This document shows positions 29,460 to 39,159 of a stretch of DNA of 64,000 bases, piece after piece. The notes beneath the pieces are model-generated. The model was given only the letters and a program-made list of their open reading frames with translations, was not told the DNA's origin and searched no databases. The first letter of the stretch is position 1, and each line of letters begins with the position of its first letter. This DNA comes from an uncultured Acidobacteriota bacterium (lineage in GTDB: Bacteria; Acidobacteriota; Thermoanaerobaculia; UBA5066). The stretch covers positions 640,001 to 704,000 of the forward strand of contig CAVZYA010000002.1 in the NCBI GenBank assembly GCA_963779415.1, written 5' to 3'. Position numbers and translations under genes: made by a program.

Positions 29460-32400
29460 TCAGTAGAGGAGCGGGATGTCGAATGCGGTGACGAGGAAGG
29501 GAGCCATCTGCCACCGGGTGACGTTGCTTGCGGGGCAGTACTTGCCGCCGCCACAGCCGGCGGTGACCCCTCCCGCATAGATGTAGTGGATGAACTTGCA
29601 GCCCCCGTCCGTCGGCGGGACGTCGCTGAAGAGGGAGTTGCCCCCCGAGGTGCAGTTGTAGGTGCCCACACCCGGGACGGTACCGCTCGTCGGCACGGTG
29701 CCGCTCGGACCGACCATGGCGGCCGCGAGGAAGACGGCCATCTGGTTCCGCGTGACGTTCGACGCCGGGCAGTAGTTGCCGCCGCCGCAGCCGGCGGTGA
29801 TCGCCTGGGCGTAGATGTAGTGGATGGAAGGGCAGGCGCCGTTGGTGGGCGCCACGTCTCCGAAGAGCGAGTTGCCGCCGCTGGCGCAGTCATAGGGTCC
29901 GACACCGGAAACGGTGCCCGACGCAGGAACCGGCACTCCAGGCCCGAGCAGGGACGTGGCGAGGAAGACGGCCATCTGCCAGCGGGTGACGTTGCTGGCG
30001 GGGCAGTAAATGCCGACGCCGCAGCCGGCGGTGATGCCGTTGTGGAGGAGGGTCTCGGCGAAGCGGTAGGCGCCGTCGGAGACGGGGACGTCGGTGAAGC
30101 TCTTGCCAATGTGGAGCGTCCAGCTCTTCGCGATACCGTTGCTGAGCGTCTCGAGGAAGGTGGCGTCCCAGTGAGTGGCGGGGCGGGAGACCGGGTTGGA
30201 GACGGAGAGGCGATAGGACGGCCCGCCGGCCGAGAAGCTGTCGGCGGTGGCTCCGGGGGCGATGGTGCCGTAGTCCGCCGACGAGTCGAGCAGGGAATAG
30301 GTCGCCCCGGCGAGACCCGCAAAGCCCGAAGCCGTGCCCGTGAGGGCGAGCGGGGAAGCACTGATGTTCTTCCAGGAAGGGTTGACGAGAACCGTCTCGC
30401 CCGGCTCGAGGATCGTGTTGACGTTCGAGACCGTGCCGATCGTGGCATGGGCATCTTCGACGAGGCCGGCGGGCTCGCCGCTTATGTAGACGTTGACGAT
30501 CGTGGTCGGAGAGGCGCAGCCCGTGGCGGTCGTCGTCTCCACGACGGACAGGACGGTGGATCCCGAGGTTCCCGCCGTGAAGGTGATCTGGTTCGTCGTG
30601 GTGCCGGAGGTGATCGTCCCGTTGGTGATGCCCCAGCTGTAACCGTCTCCGGCGTGGGGCAGAACGCTCGCCACGAGTCCCGTCGCTCCCGGCAGGGCCG
30701 AAGCCGGGGCCGTGATGTACGGGTTGGGAACCGGATTGACGGTGACGGACGTCGTGCCGGGGGAAGAGGCGGTGCACCCGGGGACTGTCACGATGACGCT
30801 GTAGGTCCCGGCGTTCGCCGCGGTGGCGTTCGGGATGGTCGGGTTCTGGACGGCAGAGGCGAAGCCGTTCGGACCGGTCCATGCGTACGTCGCGCCGGAG
30901 ACCGTGGGCGTCGAGAGCGAAATGGTCGCGCCGGCGCAGTAGGGCCCGGTGTTGCCGGCCGTGGGCGTGGCGGTGGTGCAGAAGAAGTTGTATCCGCCGA
31001 CGAGCGTGTAGCCCTGATTTCCCGGATTGATCACCGTGACGTCTGCCGCGCCCGAGGCGTGGGCGGGCGTCGCGGCCGTGATCGTCGTGGCGTTCACCCT
31101 GACGACCGAGGTCGCGCTTGCGCCGCCGATCTTCACCGCGACTCCGCTGGCGAAGTTCGAGCCGCTGATCGTGACGGCGGTCCCGCCGAGGGGGGTACCC
31201 GACGGCGGCGAGATCCCCGTCACCACCGGGCCGGGCACCGTTCCGAAGCAGGACGACTGGCCTTCGACGAAGCTCCGGATCGTCGTCTTCACGACCTGGC
31301 TCGGTTCGCCCGTCACGCCGAGATACATCTTGATGGCGCTGTATCCGCCGATCAGGTGGCAGTAGCTCATGACCGTCCCCTTCTCCGGGGGGACGCTCGT
31401 CGGTCCGGAGTAGCAGCCCGCCTCGCCCGCGTAGCACTTGTCGACGGGCGGGCTGTAGCAGTGGGTATGCACCGATCCGAAGTTGTGCCCCAGCTCGTGC
31501 GTGACGGCGAAGAAGTCCCAGTAGGTCGTCGAGATGTTCGGGGGAGAGACGCCGCTCAGGTTCCCGGTGACTCCGTATGAGAACCAACTGCAGAGCGAAT
31601 CGAGATATGCGATCCCTCCGCCCAGTCCCCGTCCGGACAGCATGTGTGCCGTCGTACGTGGTACGGCGGTCCGGTTCGCATTCCAGTAGGTGACGAACTC
31701 GGACAGGGCACCCGACGAATTCGTGGCCGTCCACGGGTCGTCCGACGTCGTCCAGATGGAGAGATAGTTGACCTGTTGCGTGACGAGAACGTCGCGCTGG
31801 TAGACCGCAGAGATGGCGGCGAAGAGGTCGCCGACATAACTCGTGAGATTCGGGACCGAGTTGAACTTCGCATAGAGCTCGTGGTCGGTCTCGATGGCGA
31901 TCCCCGCGTAGTACATGACGCTGCTCAGAGGAGCTGTCGGAGATTTCGGGACCAGCGCCTCCGGGGGAACCGGCAAAGCGTCCGCATCGCAACGAAAGAG
32001 CCGCATGGCATCTGGAGCATCGGTTTCCGGCGAGATCGTCCGGATGAGGGTCCGCCCTGGCGGGCCGTCCCGGTAGGCGCCACGTTCGGGCGCAATCGTC
32101 GCGACGCGGTCCTTCATGACGATGAGTCCGCGGACGGACGTCCCGAGCGCCAGGACGACGAGGGACTCTGGATCCCCGACAACGGTGCCGGTAAACCACC
32201 GGTCCGACGGCACCGGAGCGCGCGACTCCCCGAGCGGTCCGTGAACGACGATCTCGGCGTTCCCGGTGAAGACCTGGAGGGACGAAACCTCCAGCGTCAC
32301 TTCGGTCCCGTCTTCGAGGGCGATCGGCTCCGTGACGATTCTCTGACCGGCCGCAACGGTTCCTTCCAGGCCTTGGAAGGCCCGCTCGTCCACCGGTCGC

Positions 32401-32471
32401 TGGGCGGCGGCGGAACCGGCCAGAAACAGTCCCACCGTCGCGAAGACAACTGCAAGGCGAAGGGCTTTCAT
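29460..32471 (-). CDS. M12 reprolysin-like zinc metalloprotease with IPT/TIG, Ig-like and three SLH repeats
   Basis: [11 protein letters not shown] zinc motif, Met-turn GTVMSY, GGGIAYL; signal peptide; SLH repeats. Confidence 0.9.
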   Translation of the reverse strand: MKALRLAVVFATVGLFLAGSAAAQRPVDERAFQGLEGTVAAGQRIVTEPIALEDGTEVTLEVSSLQVFTGNAEIVVHGPLGESRAPVPSDRWFTGTVVGDPESLVVLALGTSVRGLIVMKDRVATIAPERGAYRDGPPGRTLIRTISPETDAPDAMRLFRCDADALPVPPEALVPKSPTAPLSSVMYYAGIAIETDHELYAKFNSVPNLTSYVGDLFAAISAVYQRDVLVTQQVNYLSIWTTSDDPWTATNSSGALSEFVTYWNANRTAVPRTTAHMLSGRGLGGGIAYLDSLCSWFSYGVTGNLSGVSPPNISTTYWDFFAVTHELGHNFGSVHTHCYSPPVDKCYAGEAGCYSGPTSVPPEKGTVMSYCHLIGGYSAIKMYLGVTGEPSQVVKTTIRSFVEGQSSCFGTVPGPVVTGISPPSGTPLGGTAVTISGSNFASGVAVKIGGASATSVVRVNATTITAATPAHASGAADVTVINPGNQGYTLVGGYNFFCTTATPTAGNTGPYCAGATISLSTPTVSGATYAWTGPNGFASAVQNPTIPNATAANAGTYSVIVTVPGCTASSPGTTSVTVNPVPNPYITAPASALPGATGLVASVLPHAGDGYSWGITNGTITSGTTTNQITFTAGTSGSTVLSVVETTTATGCASPTTIVNVYISGEPAGLVEDAHATIGTVSNVNTILEPGETVLVNPSWKNISASPLALTGTASGFAGLAGATYSLLDSSADYGTIAPGATADSFSAGGPSYRLSVSNPVSRPATHWDATFLETLSNGIAKSWTLHIGKSFTDVPVSDGAYRFAETLLHNGITAGCGVGIYCPASNVTRWQMAVFLATSLLGPGVPVPASGTVSGVGPYDCASGGNSLFGDVAPTNGACPSIHYIYAQAITAGCGGGNYCPASNVTRNQMAVFLAAAMVGPSGTVPTSGTVPGVGTYNCTSGGNSLFSDVPPTDGGCKFIHYIYAGGVTAGCGGGKYCPASNVTRWQMAPFLVTAFDIPLLY

Positions 32472-32797
32472 CGGAGTTCGCCCCCTGTGCCACGAAGGAG
32501 TGCAAAGCGGACGCCGGATCCCGCGTCGAGCCTCACGCCCGGAGATTCGCTAGTGGGAACGCCGTCTTTGATGACTCGCGTCACGCTTTCGGCCGTTCGC
32601 GGCGGTGGATCGCCCGGGCCGACCGACAGAATTCGTCATTTCCGCGGCGAATCGCCCGACAGGCTCTGTCGGCCCGGATCTCCGCGCACGACCGCCTGCT
32701 AAGATCGGTTCGCGGTTTTCGGACCAGCACGGGCGGGTAAAACGGGAGCGACCATGGCTGAAATTCCTCTCTGCCGGCCCGTCCCGGGACGCCATTG

Positions 32798-34198
32798 ATG
32801 GAGGAGATTCCCGATGGCGGCCGCGAGGCGCCGGCGCGTGCCGCTCTCGACTCGGAGCGCGCGGATCTCGCAGCACGCCTGAAGGGGTGCGAGGCCGAGT
32901 GCGACAGCCTGAGGAGGGAGAGGGAGCGGCACCTCGACGAGATCTCGTACCACTCCGGGCGCGAGGAAGTCCTCCGGCGCGAGCTGGCTTCGATCCACGG
33001 CTCGCGGCTCTGGAAGGTCGGGATGACGTGGTGGCGGTTCCTCGATCTGCTTCGCCGCCTCCGCGGACGGCCCGATCCGGGAAAGAGCGCGGGCCTCGCC
33101 GTCCCCGCCCTCCGGCAGGAGCTGCTCTCCCGGGTCGCCCGGTCCGGGGTCGACCCGTCCCGGATCGTCGTTCTGCTCCCCTCGATCGGCTGGAACATCG
33201 CCCTCGTCCAGCGGCCGCAGCACCTGGCGCGGGAGTTCGTGAAGCAGGGATATCTCGTCGTCTACGACTGCACGGGGAGCGCCGCGGACATCTTCGGCGG
33301 CTTCCGGGAGGTCGAGAAGAACCTCCTCCTCTTCAACGGCCCGCTCGCGGTCCTGGAGGCGCTGGAGAACCCGCTCCTCTGGGCCTTTCCCTACAACGCA
33401 ACGCTCGTGGACCAGTGGACCCGCCGGCGCGTCCTCTACGACTTCATCGACGACCTCGACGTTTTCCCGTACGACAAGGACGAGCTGGCGAGGGGCCACG
33501 AGAAGATGCTCCGGGAAGCGGAGCAGGTCTTCTGCGTCTCGAAAAAGCTGCTGGAGAAGACGCGTCTCGCGCGTCCCGACGCCGTCTACCTTCCGAACGC
33601 GGTCGAGGCCGAGCGGTTCGAGTCGCTCACCAGCCCCGAGCCGCCTTTGCCCGGGTTCCTGGAGTTCACCGGGCGCTTCGGGCAGGTGGCCGGCTACTAC
33701 GGCGCCATCGCGAGCTGGATGGACGTGGAGCTGGTGGCCGGGACGGCGCGCCGGCGGCCCGACTGGGGATTCGTCCTCATCGGTTTCAAGCTGGCCGATG
33801 CCCCCTCCCTGAAGCCGCTCGAAGCACTGGAAAACGTCCTCCTCCTCGACGCACAGCGCTACGAGCGGCTTCCGGGGTACCTGGCCCGGTTCACGGCCGG
33901 GTTCATCCCTTTCAAGGTGAACGCGGTGACCGAGGCGACCTCGCCGCTCAAGCTCTACGAGTACTTCTCCGGCGGCAAGCCCGTCATCAGCACGCCGATA
34001 CCCGAGTGCACGGCCTATCCCGAGGTGACGATCGTCCGGGATGCCGCGGAGTTCTCGGCGGCGCTCGACAAGGCCGCGCGGGACGCGGCGAGCCCCGTGT
34101 TCGTCGCCCGCGTCAGAGCCATCGGGCGGGAGAACTCCTGGGCGGCCCGCGTCGCGACGGTGCGGCGCCTGATCGAGACCGGGACGGAGCGCGCTTAA
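32798..34198 (+). CDS. GT4-like glycosyltransferase with N-terminal coiled coil
   Basis: VQRPQHLA, YDFIDD, GYYGAIASWMD, TSPLKLYEY, GKPVIST, NSW..R. Confidence 0.85.
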   Translation: MEEIPDGGREAPARAALDSERADLAARLKGCEAECDSLRRERERHLDEISYHSGREEVLRRELASIHGSRLWKVGMTWWRFLDLLRRLRGRPDPGKSAGLAVPALRQELLSRVARSGVDPSRIVVLLPSIGWNIALVQRPQHLAREFVKQGYLVVYDCTGSAADIFGGFREVEKNLLLFNGPLAVLEALENPLLWAFPYNATLVDQWTRRRVLYDFIDDLDVFPYDKDELARGHEKMLREAEQVFCVSKKLLEKTRLARPDAVYLPNAVEAERFESLTSPEPPLPGFLEFTGRFGQVAGYYGAIASWMDVELVAGTARRRPDWGFVLIGFKLADAPSLKPLEALENVLLLDAQRYERLPGYLARFTAGFIPFKVNAVTEATSPLKLYEYFSGGKPVISTPIPECTAYPEVTIVRDAAEFSAALDKAARDAASPVFVARVRAIGRENSWAARVATVRRLIETGTERA

Positions 34199-34260
34199 GC
34201 TTCGCGGAATCCTTCCGGCCTTTCCGGAACCCGGCGCGGGAGGAGAAAGAGGAGACGTCA

Positions 34261-34851
34261 ATGTCGATGAATGACCCGGACCGTGATCGGATCGAGAAGT
34301 CCCTGGAGTCGCTCTCTCGCGAGCTGCGCTGGCATCGGCGGGCGTGGCTCGTTCTCGCTCTGGCGGGTGGTGCGGTGGCGATTGCCGGAGCCGCGAAGCC
34401 TCCCGCGAGCCAGGAGCTACGCGCGACGAAGATCGTGCTGACCGATCCGTCCGGCGCCGTCCGCGGCACGCTGGGTGTCGAGGCCGACGGCACGCCCGCC
34501 CTGCGCCTCCTCGACGCGGCCGGGGTCGAGCGCCTCGCCGCGCTCGTCTCCGGGACGGGCCCCTCGATCTCGCTCCTCGAAGGGGACCGGAAGACCTCCG
34601 CGAAGCTGGTGGTCGAGGGCGGTGTTCCGCGCCTCGCCCTTTCGGACCGGACGGGGACCGACCGTCTCTGGGTCGCCGTTCGGGTCGGCTCGCCGGTCGT
34701 CCAGTTCATCGCGCCCGACGGCGTGGCGCGCTGCGGCCTCGCCACGATGAACGACGACACGGGTGTCGCTGTCGTTTCGGGCGCGAGCGGATCCGTGCCG
34801 GGCCTCGTTCTCTACAACAAGGATCGGAAGATCGTCTGGTCGGCGCCGTGA
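34261..34851 (+). CDS. Hypothetical membrane-anchored protein with beta-rich repeats
   Basis: RBS-like GAGGAG before the ATG; short coiled coil, one TM, then repeats L.L.D..G..R. Confidence 0.7.
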   Translation: MSMNDPDRDRIEKSLESLSRELRWHRRAWLVLALAGGAVAIAGAAKPPASQELRATKIVLTDPSGAVRGTLGVEADGTPALRLLDAAGVERLAALVSGTGPSISLLEGDRKTSAKLVVEGGVPRLALSDRTGTDRLWVAVRVGSPVVQFIAPDGVARCGLATMNDDTGVAVVSGASGSVPGLVLYNKDRKIVWSAP

Positions 34852-34856
34852 CCCGT

Positions 34857-35066
34857 CGAGCGCGGGATGCGCGGATCGTCGAAAAGAGCCCTCAGTTCGG
34901 CCAGTGAAGGCCGAGGGCCGCGGACAGGAATACAGCCATCTGGCCGCGTGTGACGGGCGTGTCGGGGCAGTAAGTTACCGCCGCCGCATCCGGCCGTGAT
35001 TCCCGACGCGTAGAGCGCCTCCACGAACTTGAAGAAAGGATGATTCGTGGGGACGTCGCTGAAGGT
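34857..35066. repeat. Direct repeat R2 copy 1 (partner ~37954-38162)
   Basis: SLH 3' end plus 35 bp of downstream non-coding DNA (CGAGCGCGGGATGCGCGGATCGTCGAAAAGAGCCC) repeated at ~3097-bp offset. Confidence 0.88.
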
Positions 35067-35684
35067 CGCCACGCCCGGCGCGGGAGAGACCTGGAGCTTG
35101 TAGCGGACCCGAACGCCGCGCCACCTGAGGTCCGACGTCGGGGAACTGGCGGTTCCCACCCAGACCACGTAAGAGTTCGACGTGTTGTCGACGGTCGGGG
35201 GAGAGAGGGGGTTGTGCGTGGAGACCCCCCAACCGCCGGAGCCGCTGCTCGCAGTACTCGCGAGGGTCACGTACGGATCGCCAGAGGCGGGAAACTGATA
35301 GACGAAAGCGTTCAGGTTGAGCGAGGCGTTCCAGTCGTAGTAATAGAAGTCGATGCCCGTGATCAGCGCGCCGTCCGGAAGGTTGAGCGGCGCCCAGGCC
35401 TGGGCGTTGGTTCCGCTCCCCAGAAAGACGCCGGAGCCGTTCCCGTCTTCGTTGACGATGATGTCCGGTCGGCAGGCAGTGAACGCGGCGCCTCCCACGA
35501 AGAGCGACGTCTCCGTTGCGGTTCCGTAGGCCGGCGCTGGAGAGCCGGGAGACACCGGGGCCGCCAGCGTCACCCCGGGAGTACCCGTCTCCTGGGCCTC
35601 CAGACCCGGATTCGGGGTGGCGGCACACAGAACGAGAATCGTCACTGCCGCAGGAATCACGAGACGATCGCGAAGTGCTTTCAT
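34892..35684 (-). CDS. Small secreted single-SLH protein A (frameshift ~34974)
   Basis: Signal peptide, variable beta-rich core, [40 protein letters not shown](Y)CPDTPVTRGQMAVFLSAALGLHWPN. Confidence 0.85.
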
Positions 35685-35947
35685 GGTCCTTGCCTCCTTC
35701 GAGACTCTCTCTGGAGGTCCCGGGGCTGCCGACGGAGCCGGGGCCGGTGGATTGAAGGTGACGGGTCGACGTCGCTCCTTGCCTGGGCCCGGCGAACGAC
35801 TACGGCCAGTAGAGGCCGAGGGCTGCGGAGAGGAAGACCGCCATCTGGCCGCGGGTGACGGGCGTATCGGGGCAGAAGTTGCCGCCGCCGCACCCCGCCG
35901 TGATGCCCGACGCGTAGAGGGCCTCCACGAACTTGAAGAACGGATGA
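35507..35947. repeat. Direct repeat R1 copy 1 (partner ~36407-36848)
   Basis: Near-identical block at 901-bp offset. It spans the SLH 3' end of one gene, the 115-bp spacer and the 5' signal region of the next gene. Confidence 0.9.
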
Positions 35948-36585
35948 CCGGTGGGGACGTCTCTGAAGGTCGCCACGCCCGGCGCCGGCGAGACCTGCAG
36001 CTTGTAGCGGACGCGGATGCCGCGCCACTTGAGGTCGGTAACCGGAGGCGCCCCCGTTCCCACCCAGGCCCAGTAGCTGTTTGTGTTGTTGTTCACGTTC
36101 CAGGGAGAGGACAGATCCAGGGAAACCGATCCGAACCCGGCGGTGCCGCTGCTGGTCAAGTTGGAGCCGATCTGGTTGGGCATGGATCCCACGGAATCGA
36201 CCTCGTAGATTCGGCGGAGATGTTCTGCGCGTTCGCGTCGTAATAGTAGAAGTCGAATCCCGTGATGGCCGCGCCCTGCGGGAGGTTCATGGGCGCCCAG
36301 GCGTAGGCGGCGCTCACCCCGGTGAAATAGGCGGAGCCCAACCCGTCCTGGACGACGTCGACGCTCGGAACGGCGTTGTGGAACGCCGGGCCCCCGACGT
36401 AATACGACGTCTCCGTCGCGGTTCCGTAGGCAGGCGCGGGAGATGTCGGGAGACACCGGGGCCGTCAGCATCACCCCGGGAGTACCCGTCTCCTGGGCCT
36501 CCAGACCCGGATTCGGGGTTGCGGCACACAGAACGAGAATCGTCACTGCCGCAGGAATCACGAGACGATCGCGAAGTGCTTTCAT
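35800..36585 (-). CDS. Small secreted single-SLH protein B (compensating frameshifts ~36440 and ~36212)
   Basis: Same N-terminus as protein A. The middle part is in the 36156-36341 frame (AWAPMNLPQGAAITGFDFYYYD). SLH C-terminus. Confidence 0.85.
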   Translation of the reverse strand: MKALRDRLVIPAAVTILVLCAATPNPGLEAQETGTPGVMLTAPVSPDISRACLRNRDGDVVLRRGPGVPQRRSERRRRPGRVGLRLFHRGERRLRLGAHEPPAGRGHHGIRLLLLRRERAEHLRRIYEVDSVGSMPNQIGSNLTSSGTAGFGSVSLDLSSPWNVNNNTNSYWAWVGTGAPPVTDLKWRGIRVRYKLQVSPAPGVATFRDVPTGHPFFKFVEALYASGITAGCGGGNFCPDTPVTRGQMAVFLSAALGLYWP

Positions 36586-36848
36586 GGTCCTTGCCTCCTT
36601 CGAGACTCTCTCTGGAGGTCCCGGGGCTGCCGACGGAGCCGGGGCCGGTGGATTGAAGGTGACGGGTCGACGTCGCTCCTTGCCTGGGCCTGGCGAACGA
36701 CTATTGCCAGTAGAGGCCGAGAGCCGCGGAGAGAAAGACCGCCATCTGGCCGCGGGTGACGGGCGTGTCGGGGCAGAAGTTGCCGCCGCCGCATCCCGCC
36801 GTGATGCCCGACGCGTAGAGGGCCTCCACGAACTTGAAGAACGGATGA
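36407..36848. repeat. Direct repeat R1 copy 2
   Basis: See copy 1. Confidence 0.9.
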
Positions 36849-37567
36849 GTGGTGGGAACGTCGGTGAAGGTGGCGACGACGGGTGCCGGGGACACCTGCC
36901 GTTGCCACTGGTACCGGACCTTCTGGAGCGTCAGACCCGAGGTGGTCTCGAAGTAAACCCGCTGCGTCAGGTTGCAGTCACGGTTGTTGACGGTGTAATT
37001 GGTGAGACCAACGAAATCCGTCTGGGCTCCCCCGGAGCCCGACGTGACCGACGTTGCGATCACAGTGGTTGTTGTGGGGCCTGCGGCATACGACGGCCAG
37101 CAGGTCTCGAGAAGAAAGAAATCGATATCAAATGTCGCGTTCGTGTCGTACGCCCACCAGCGGACGAACTGGAGGTTGACGCCTTCGGGAAGGTTCACCG
37201 CGGCATCTGCATAACCCTCCACCCCGGTGCGGCTGAGATTCGTGCAGCATCCTTCTTCTCCACCGTCGTATTGCCAGGGGGATGCGGCGGTGTTCACGCG
37301 GCCGACGAAAGACTTCGGGGCGAGATTGGTGTAGGAGGTTTGCAGCCCGTAGAAGTCGGGACTGGTGGGTCCGTCGGGGACTCGCGCGGCTCCGACGTAG
37401 TTCGCCACGTAAACGTTCGTGGCGTCGCGCGGGAATCCCATCTTTTCGAGCTGATTCGGATCGGAGACGAGGGTTCTCTCGCTCGCGGGTACCTGCCCCA
37501 GCGCCTTGGAGGAGAGAACTCCGGCAGCTATCGCGAGGCAGGCCAGGGCGACCAAGGCTCTTCTCAT
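36701..37567 (-). CDS. Small secreted single-SLH protein C
   Basis: Signal peptide MRRALVALAC..; NLPEGVNLQFVRWWAYD core; SLH C-terminus. Confidence 0.88.
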   Translation of the reverse strand: MRRALVALACLAIAAGVLSSKALGQVPASERTLVSDPNQLEKMGFPRDATNVYVANYVGAARVPDGPTSPDFYGLQTSYTNLAPKSFVGRVNTAASPWQYDGGEEGCCTNLSRTGVEGYADAAVNLPEGVNLQFVRWWAYDTNATFDIDFFLLETCWPSYAAGPTTTTVIATSVTSGSGGAQTDFVGLTNYTVNNRDCNLTQRVYFETTSGLTLQKVRYQWQRQVSPAPVVATFTDVPTTHPFFKFVEALYASGITAGCGGGNFCPDTPVTRGQMAVFLSAALGLYWQ

Positions 37568-37953
37568 GGGCTCTCCTTTCCCCAATGACCTGCCGAAATG
37601 TGGTTTCGGCCCGATGAGCGGTCAAGGTGACGCCACACCCGCATCGAGGCCCGCGCGACTCGCAATGCAGAAAGACGGCCGGGCGAGTCGTGGCTAAGTC
37701 CCTCTCCCTACAGTCCTTTCCACAGCCCCGGACAAGCGGCATCTTGATCGAAGAAAGCGGAAGGTCTGATGTGCAGGCATCAACAGGAGTTCTAACGTGT
37801 CAAGGCTTCCCGGAAAGCGCTCTCCCATGGGCGGCGGCATCAGCGGGCGTAGGTCGCTCAGGTGCCCGAGGGCTGCGTCCCGGGCCTCGCCCGATCAGGC
37901 CGGACAGGCCTCGGCAGCTTCCGGTCGGCCCCGTGGTCGACACGGCCAGTCGG

Positions 37954-38162
37954 CGAGCGCGGGATGCGCGGATCGTCGAAAAGAGCCCTCAGTTCGGCCA
38001 GTGAAGGCCGAGGGCCGCGGACAGGAATACAGCCATCTGGCCGCGGGTCACCGGGGTGTCCGGGCAGTAATTACCGCCGCCGCAGCCGGCCGTGATTCCC
38101 GACGCGTAGAGCGCCTCCACGAACTTGAAGAAAGGATGATTCGTGGGGACGTCGCCGAAGGT
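37954..38162. repeat. Direct repeat R2 copy 2
   Basis: See copy 1. Confidence 0.88.
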
Positions 38163-38780
38163 GGCAACGCCCGGACCCGGCGAGACCTGAAGGTGGTAGT
38201 AGACGCGAATTCCAGCCGCTCTGAGGTTTGAAGTGTGGTCCGCGGAAAAGGCCAGCCACAGCCAGTAATTGGTCGTCTGGTTGTCGATGACGAGCGTGGA
38301 ACCGGGGGTGACGGAGGTGAAGCCGCACCCCGGAGTCGCGGCGAGGCCGGTGTTTCCAATGGGTGTGACGTTTCCTGAGCTCGTGCCTCCAGCCGTAGCG
38401 GTCGCCAACCCAAAGAGAAGATTACCGGTGGCGATATTGTCGCACGCGTCCAGCTCGACCGAGTCCACGACCACTCCCGTCGGAAGCTGCACCTGTGCCC
38501 ACCAATCAGCCGAGCCCGTTGTGTTCTGGTAGAAGCTGATACCCGACCCGGTAAACACGCTCAAGGAATAGGTCGAATTGATCGGCCTGAATTCCGTAAT
38601 CGACACCTTCTGGATGATCTGGGAACCGGTTCCGTACTCCGGCGCCGGGGCCTGGACCTGCACAGGCGGGTGTGGGGCCTGGGATCCCGCCAGCGTCGAC
38701 TGGGCGACGCCGGTCGAGGAGATTCCGAGGAGCAGAATGGCCGCAGCCGGAATCACGAGCCGATCACCGAGTGTTTTCAT
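37989..38780 (-). CDS. Small secreted single-SLH protein D
   Basis: MKTLGDRLVIPAA signal; QLPTGVVVDSVELDACD core; SLH C-terminus. Confidence 0.88.
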   Translation of the reverse strand: MKTLGDRLVIPAAAILLLGISSTGVAQSTLAGSQAPHPPVQVQAPAPEYGTGSQIIQKVSITEFRPINSTYSLSVFTGSGISFYQNTTGSADWWAQVQLPTGVVVDSVELDACDNIATGNLLFGLATATAGGTSSGNVTPIGNTGLAATPGCGFTSVTPGSTLVIDNQTTNYWLWLAFSADHTSNLRAAGIRVYYHLQVSPGPGVATFGDVPTNHPFFKFVEALYASGITAGCGGGNYCPDTPVTRGQMAVFLSAALGLHWPN

Positions 38781-38863
38781 TGTTCCTTCTTCCTTGGACG
38801 AGTTTTTTGAAGGTCGCCGGGATCTTCGGCTGGCGCGGGGAAATCGACGGGACGGACGAGGCC

Positions 38864-38896
38864 TCAGTTTGGCCAGTGCAGTCCGAGCGCCGAGGC
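38864..38896 (-). pseudogene. Remnant 3' end of a deleted SLH paralog
   Basis: Reverse complement reads gcc tcg gcg ctc gga ctg cac tgg cca aac tga = ASALGLHWPN*, matching the ends of proteins A and D. Confidence 0.7.
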
Positions 38897-39071
38897 GGTT
38901 GTTCACTCCCCTGCCGGGCGCCCGGGGATGCCGGTTCCGGTCGGCAGCGAACGGTCCCCCGGCTCGGAAGAGTCATTCGTAAGCGCATGGCGTCGATGAC
39001 CCCCTCCAGAAACGGGAGCGCCCGCCGGGTTCTCCGGCGGGCGCTCCGCTCCGCGAACTCGTTGTCTCAAA

Positions 39072-39116
39072 TCAGTGCGACACGTGCAATCCAGGCGCCG
39101 CGGCGAGGAAGACGGC
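39072..39116 (-). pseudogene. Degenerate remnant 3' end of a second SLH paralog
   Basis: Encodes AVFLAAAPGLHVSH*, similar to AVFLSAALGLHWPN*. Confidence 0.5.
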
Positions 39117-39159
39117 CGCAAGCCGAGGTGCCGGACTGGACGTGTCAATCATGCCGGAA

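Noticed and set aside
37770-37803. Promoter upstream of SLH gene C
   Set aside because: TTGACA is present on the minus strand but has no convincing -10 at the right spacing.
37855-37950. Third SLH remnant (AALGH-like) downstream of gene D
   Set aside because: The match is too short and degenerate to support.
34857-38162. Diversity-generating retroelement (TR/VR pair) among the SLH repeats
   Set aside because: Differences between repeat copies are mostly synonymous and not adenine-specific, the repeats cover constant rather than variable parts, and no reverse transcriptase is in the window.
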